27,538 nucleotides of DNA, taken from NCBI GenBank assembly GCA_903915225.1, contig CAIWSB010000109.1, positions 1-27,538 on the forward strand. The letters are read 5' to 3'. Below the pieces are notes generated by a model. The model was not told where the DNA came from. It worked only from the letters and a program-made list of their open reading frames with translations, and made no database searches. Positions 23,709 through 27,538 of this stretch are shown here, one piece after another. This DNA comes from an uncultured Candidatus Woesearchaeota archaeon (GTDB lineage: Archaea > Nanobdellota > Nanobdellia > Woesearchaeales > B29-G15). Position 1 is the first letter of the stretch, and the number at the start of each line of letters is the position of its first letter. Made by a program: the position numbers and the translations under genes.

Positions 23709-24590
23709 ATGGTACTCGATGGTATAATTAAGGCTACAAAGAAAGGGGTAGTTACCGGACTTATTGTATTGACAGCAGCATCGCAGCTTGCTTTTACAAG
23801 GCCCAATGCATGGGTTGATGTTTCTGCTTCCTCTGCCCAAGCCGGCGAGGGAGTTGTTGCCGAGGGTGTTATCCTTGGAGCTAATGGGGGCGTTGAATTG
23901 CCCTTATTTTGCGGCAATCTTGCAGCCTTTGGCGACGCGGGATTCAAGTTCGCATATGGCACAGAGAATGATGGGGCAGACCTTGTTGGAAAATTCTCAG
24001 AGACCACCAAGGACTATAATATTGGTGGCAAGGCCTACTTGCCCGTGGATGGCATTGGAGTTTTTTCAATCGGGGCCTTTGCAGCCGGCGAGAACCGCGG
24101 CATTGAGGAAGAATACGGCGGGCTAACGCTGGCCCAGGAAAAGAACTATGGCGGATGGGGCGCCCTGGCTGGTGTTGAATATCGTCTGATGGATAAAATT
24201 AGGGCAGATGGCGATTTGCGATTCACATTCCTTAAGGGTGAGAACCCAACTTCGGGAGATAAAGAGAACCTCACAAGGATGAACCTTGAGCTCTCAGGGG
24301 AAATCCGCCCTCTCAAGGGTGAGATGGAGCTGCAAATAGAAGGCGTCAGGATTGTGGGTGAGCCAACCACTGCTTACAATGCATCAATTGATTTGGGAGT
24401 TGAAGAGTATCTGCCAAACAAATATCTAAACGTGATTGGGGCAGAAATTAATATTGCACGTAATGAAGTGGGTGTCTGGCTATCAGCCGGCCACAGGTCG
24501 CGTGATTTAGAATTCACTATCTCAATTCCAGTAACCCTTGATGGAATTGGTGCTTCTTTTGATATTCCTCTGGGAGGCCTACAAAAATGA
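23709..24590 (+). CDS. secreted beta-rich hypothetical protein (paralogue 2)
   Basis: Start placed at the ATG at 23709, with AGGGGGT SD 8 nt upstream; the ORF-track start at 23670 is a GTG. N-terminal signal peptide (KKGVVTGLIVLTAASQLAFT). Distant similarity to paralogue 1 (GDGFAYIGGIASFG vs GDAGFKFAYGTENDG; ELELEAMVRV vs NLELSGEIRPLKGEMELQIEG). Stop overlaps the start of the adhesin gene (ATGA). Confidence 0.5.
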   Translation: MVLDGIIKATKKGVVTGLIVLTAASQLAFTRPNAWVDVSASSAQAGEGVVAEGVILGANGGVELPLFCGNLAAFGDAGFKFAYGTENDGADLVGKFSETTKDYNIGGKAYLPVDGIGVFSIGAFAAGENRGIEEEYGGLTLAQEKNYGGWGALAGVEYRLMDKIRADGDLRFTFLKGENPTSGDKENLTRMNLELSGEIRPLKGEMELQIEGVRIVGEPTTAYNASIDLGVEEYLPNKYLNVIGAEINIARNEVGVWLSAGHRSRDLEFTISIPVTLDGIGASFDIPLGGLQK

Positions 24591-27538
24591 AAAAGCTACT
24601 TTTCCTATTGATTGCACTTTTGTTAATTACACCAGTTTTGGCCTCTGCGGCCACAGTCACTTTGACCCCTGCTTCACCAACTGATGGCGACCAGCTCACA
24701 TGTGATGTTGCTGCATCAACTGCGAAATTTATTTACAAATGGTACAGGAATGGGGTTTACCAGTCCACTTCCCCAGAGCTTGCGAGTTCCATAATGTCTG
24801 CTGCTTACACAAGCCCGGGCGATACGTGGAACTGCAAGGCCTACACGCCAGGCTCACTCCTTTTCCCATCAACATATGTGGGTGAGGCAACTGTCACTAT
24901 TGCAGGAACCTCGACAACTATTCCGCCAAGCAATCACGCCCCTGTTCTCCAGACAATTGGCAGCAGGGAGATTTGCGCTGGCCAAGCCACCACAATTCCA
25001 CTCCAGGGGACTGATTCTGATAATGATATACTCACATACTCGGTTTCCCCAATGCCTTCCGGTAGCACAATCTGCGACTGGAACGGGATTTTTCAATGGA
25101 CACCAACCTGCGCCCAGCTGGGGGTTTACCAGGACACTTTTAAGGTAACAGATGAGCACGGCGCTTACGACAGCGAGACTGTTATGCTTACTGTAAAGGA
25201 CTGCGGCGGCTGTGGGTTCAAGCCCAAGCTCGACCCAATTCCAGACAAGACAGTGTGCGCCGGAGATTTAGTCACAATAACTTCCCACGCCACATATCTG
25301 GGTGGGGACACACTCAGGTATTCAGTTTCAAGACTGCCCCCGGGAGGGGTATGGAATGCTGCTACTCACACACTTACATGGCAAACCACCCGGGATGACA
25401 TCAACAAGCCCGAGCAGATGACTTTCATTGTTGAGGATGACCACTGCAATAGGGATTACGCCCCAACAACAATTTACATCAAAGACTGCTCGCCACCTGA
25501 GAACAAGTGCCCGGTTTTCTATGCAATCGGCGACAGGAACATCTGCGAAGGCGCTGTCCTCAGCTTCAGTGTTGCTGCATATGACCCAGACAGCGACCCT
25601 GTAACAATCACTGCAACAGGTTTGCCATCTGGCGCAAGCTTCAGCTCAGGGAATTTCTACTGGAAGCCAAACGACGGCCAGAACGGGGATTATTATGTCA
25701 CATTCAAGGCCACGGATGGAAAGTGCGCAAATCCGCCAACATCCCAAATCAAGATTCATGTTGATGACTGCATAAAGCCGAACATCTGCCCAAGCCTCAC
25801 TTCAATTGGGCCAAAGACAGTTTGCGAGGGTGCGCAGCTCTATTTCCAGGTATCAGCTAGTGACCCAGATGCAGGCGACGTTCTGACATATTCAGCCAGC
25901 GGCCTGCCTTCAGGCGCGAATTTCAATTCAGGCACAAGGGCATTCAGCTGGACCCCAGTTGACGGCCAGAATGGCAACTACTTTGTGACTTTCAGCGTGT
26001 CAGATAGTCATCAGTGCCAAAAATCTGAGCTTGTGCAGATACATGTTGATGATTGTATCCAAAACCACCCACCTGTGCTAACCGAAATTGGTGCAAAGAC
26101 CATTTGCGAGGGCGCACAGCTGCAGTTCTGCATTTCCGCATCCGACCAAGATGGGAATGCGTTAACATACTCAGCAGTGGGTTTGCCTTCAGGCGCTGTG
26201 TTCAATTCAAACACCAAATGCTTCAGCTGGACTCCAGTTGACGGCCAGAACGGCAATTACCAAGTCACGTTCAGCGTTAGCGACGGGCAGTATTCAGATT
26301 CCGAGACAGTCCCAATCACTGTGAGTGATTGCATCTGCAACCATGCGCCTGTGCTTGACCCAATCGGTGACAAGACAATATGCATTGGCTCAACACTCAC
26401 GTTCCCGATCCACGGCACAGACCCAGATGGGGACGCGCTTACATATTCAGCAAGTAATCTGCCTTCTGGTGCAGTTTTCAACCCATCAACCAGATATTTC
26501 ACTTGGACTCCGCAATCATGCCAGGGCGGCACATGCCATCCGACATTCTGCGTGAGTGATGGGAGGCTTTCCGATTGTGAGACAATTTCAATCACTGTAA
26601 ACAACTGCAACCTGCCTCCGGTCTTGACTGAAATAGGTTCAAAGACAGTTTGCGAAGGCCAGCAATTGCCATTCTGCATTACAGCCACAGACCCGAATGG
26701 AGATGTTTTGACATACTCTGTCAGCAACTTGCCTTCAGGCGCAGTGTTCAATTCCAACACCAAGTGCTTCAGCTGGACTCCAGTTGACGGCCAGAACGGA
26801 AATTATGCTCCAACATTTACAGTCAGCGATGGCCAATACACAGATTCAGAGACAGTCTCAATAACTGTGAATGATTGCATCTGCAATCACCCACCAGTGC
26901 TTGACCCAATCGGTGACAGGACAGTTTGCATTGGCTCAACATTAACATTCACAACCCATGGCACAGATCCAGATGGGGATGCGTTGATTTATTCAGCGAG
27001 TAATATCCCATCGGGCTCAGTGTTCAACCCAGGTACACAGGTTTTCACCTGGACTCCTCAGTCATGCCAGGGCGGCACGTGCCACCCTACATTCTGCGTG
27101 AGCGATGGTAGATTGAGCGATTGTGAGACAATTACAATCACTGTCAATAACTGCAACCTGCCTCCTGTCTTAACTGAAATAGGTTCAAAGACAGTTTGCG
27201 AAGGCCAGCAATTACCATTCTGCATTACAGCTACAGATCCAAATGGAGATGCTCTGACATACTCTGCCAGCGGCTTGCCTTCAGGTGCTGTGTTTAATTC
27301 CAACACCAAGTGCTTCAGCTGGACCCCAGTTGATGGCCAGAACGGCAACTACCAGGTCACCTTTACAGTCAGCGATGGCCAATACACAGATTCCGAGACA
27401 GTTCCAATCACAGTAACTGATTGCATCTGCAACCATGCGCCAGTGCTTGACCCGATTGGTGACAAGACAATTTGCATGGGTTCAACACTTACATTCCCAA
27501 TCCATGGCACAGATGTAGATGGGGACGCGCTGACATAC
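24587..27538 (+). CDS. giant secreted adhesin-like surface protein with ≥10 tandem Cys-bracketed cadherin-like / 'putative Ig' (He_PIG/dystroglycan-type) domains; 3' end beyond window
   Basis: Open frame of 984 codons with no stop before the window end; absent from the ORF track because it is unterminated. Signal peptide MKKLLFLLIALLLITPVLASA. GGGAGG SD 11 nt upstream. Repeated ~90-aa units of the form P-V-L-x-x-I-G-x-K-T-x-C-E-G-x-Q-L…D-P-D/N-G-D-x-L-T-Y-S-A-S-G-L-P-S-G-A-x-F-N…F-S-W-T-P…G-N-Y…V-S-D-G…I-T-V-x-D-C. Confidence 0.8.
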   Translation, partial: MKKLLFLLIALLLITPVLASAATVTLTPASPTDGDQLTCDVAASTAKFIYKWYRNGVYQSTSPELASSIMSAAYTSPGDTWNCKAYTPGSLLFPSTYVGEATVTIAGTSTTIPPSNHAPVLQTIGSREICAGQATTIPLQGTDSDNDILTYSVSPMPSGSTICDWNGIFQWTPTCAQLGVYQDTFKVTDEHGAYDSETVMLTVKDCGGCGFKPKLDPIPDKTVCAGDLVTITSHATYLGGDTLRYSVSRLPPGGVWNAATHTLTWQTTRDDINKPEQMTFIVEDDHCNRDYAPTTIYIKDCSPPENKCPVFYAIGDRNICEGAVLSFSVAAYDPDSDPVTITATGLPSGASFSSGNFYWKPNDGQNGDYYVTFKATDGKCANPPTSQIKIHVDDCIKPNICPSLTSIGPKTVCEGAQLYFQVSASDPDAGDVLTYSASGLPSGANFNSGTRAFSWTPVDGQNGNYFVTFSVSDSHQCQKSELVQIHVDDCIQNHPPVLTEIGAKTICEGAQLQFCISASDQDGNALTYSAVGLPSGAVFNSNTKCFSWTPVDGQNGNYQVTFSVSDGQYSDSETVPITVSDCICNHAPVLDPIGDKTICIGSTLTFPIHGTDPDGDALTYSASNLPSGAVFNPSTRYFTWTPQSCQGGTCHPTFCVSDGRLSDCETISITVNNCNLPPVLTEIGSKTVCEGQQLPFCITATDPNGDVLTYSVSNLPSGAVFNSNTKCFSWTPVDGQNGNYAPTFTVSDGQYTDSETVSITVNDCICNHPPVLDPIGDRTVCIGSTLTFTTHGTDPDGDALIYSASNIPSGSVFNPGTQVFTWTPQSCQGGTCHPTFCVSDGRLSDCETITITVNNCNLPPVLTEIGSKTVCEGQQLPFCITATDPNGDALTYSASGLPSGAVFNSNTKCFSWTPVDGQNGNYQVTFTVSDGQYTDSETVPITVTDCICNHAPVLDPIGDKTICMGSTLTFPIHGTDVDGDALTY
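24932..27538 (+). repeat. array of ~255-285-bp coding repeats (one cadherin-like/He_PIG domain each)
   Basis: Recurring TYS[AV]S.LPSGA.FN…FSWTP…GQNGNY…SDG blocks, each bounded by D-C/C-x-x-x-x-P-V-L. Domain divergence decreases toward the 3' end. Confidence 0.7.
26333..27538 (+). repeat. 546-bp higher-order tandem repeat (two domains per unit), 2.2 copies before window end, ~90% nucleotide identity
   Basis: The unit starts ATCTGCAA at 26333, 26879 and 27425, an exact 546-nt period. Copy 3 matches copy 1 better than copy 2 at its 5' end (aaccatgcgcc), which indicates mosaic recombination. Antisense ORFs 26257..26763 and 27058..27348 encode near-identical peptides purely because of this repeat. 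Confidence 0.85.

Noticed and set aside
22833-24590. Interpretation of the two secreted paralogues as outer-membrane beta-barrel porins
   Set aside because: Only one ends in an aromatic residue, no clear amphipathic strand count could be established by eye, and the gene content suggests a monoderm envelope (archaeal AglB, GGR). They are kept as hypothetical secreted beta-rich proteins.
26011-27348. Minus-strand ORFs 26011..26256, 26257..26763 and 27058..27348 encoding near-identical peptides
   Set aside because: Their mutual similarity only reflects the 546-bp DNA repeat of the plus-strand adhesin gene. The plus frame is open for 984 codons with coherent domain motifs and a signal peptide. 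The minus-strand ORFs are artefacts.
1-27538. CRISPR arrays, rRNA/tRNA genes, transposases/integrases or other mobile-element hallmarks
   Set aside because: The only tandem repeats are in-frame protein-coding domain repeats. No short direct repeats with unique spacers, no terminal inverted repeats flanking a transposase-like ORF, and no recognisable RNA-gene signatures were found on either strand.

Overview
This 27.5-kb window looks like a contig from a small-genome archaeon, probably DPANN-like. Three points support that: an AglB/STT3 oligosaccharyltransferase with WWDYG and a DK-type motif, a geranylgeranyl-reductase-family gene, and BRE/TATA-like near-leaderless promoters. An nrdR-nrdJ-cobA module (transcriptional repressor NrdR, class II ribonucleotide reductase NrdJ, CobA-type adenosyltransferase) has a bacterial flavour, so a bacterial symbiont cannot be excluded from sequence alone. 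Annotations are listed below in 5'->3' order, followed by the candidates for something undescribed.

Annotations:
- Partial P-loop kinase-like gene at the 5' edge.
- AT-rich Cys-rich membrane protein.
- Two-gene operon: SPFH/band-7 scaffold plus a divergent NAD-kinase-like protein.
- nrdR, then class II B12-dependent ribonucleotide reductase nrdJ, then a CobA-type cob(I)alamin adenosyltransferase.
- A roughly 14-kb protein N-glycosylation island (6177-20090):
  - GT2 glycosyltransferase (family 2).
  - UDP-glucuronate-4-epimerase-like SDR.
  - Wzx-type flippase.
  - Aldo/keto-reductase-like protein.
  - GT4 glycosyltransferase (family 4).
  - DUF2304-like small membrane protein.
  - A lipid-phosphate-monosaccharide module: soluble DPM1-like GT2, a tandem ArnE/ArnF-like 4-TM pair, and a divergently transcribed GT-C-like transferase.
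  - An aglB operon: AglB, a GT2 with C-terminal TM anchor, and a UPF0104 flippase-like membrane protein.
- A GCS2/YbdK-like carboxylate-amine ligase sharing a conserved promoter module with the aglB operon.
- A geranylgeranyl reductase.
- A surface operon: two paralogous signal-peptide beta-rich proteins, translationally coupled to a giant secreted Cys-bracketed cadherin-like/He_PIG-repeat adhesin that runs off the 3' end.

No tRNA, rRNA, CRISPR or mobile element was found.

Candidates for something undescribed:
- A 21-nt upstream core sequence shared by the aglB operon and the GCS2-like ligase promoters, which suggests they are one regulon.
- The Arn/Gtr-like second glycosylation branch (GT2 synthase, ArnE/ArnF-like flippase pair, GT-C transferase).
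- The SPFH plus NAD-kinase-like pair.
- A 100-nt structured element at 7013-7112.
- A GC-rich 71-nt island at 12052-12122.
- 546-bp near-identical tandem higher-order repeats inside the adhesin.
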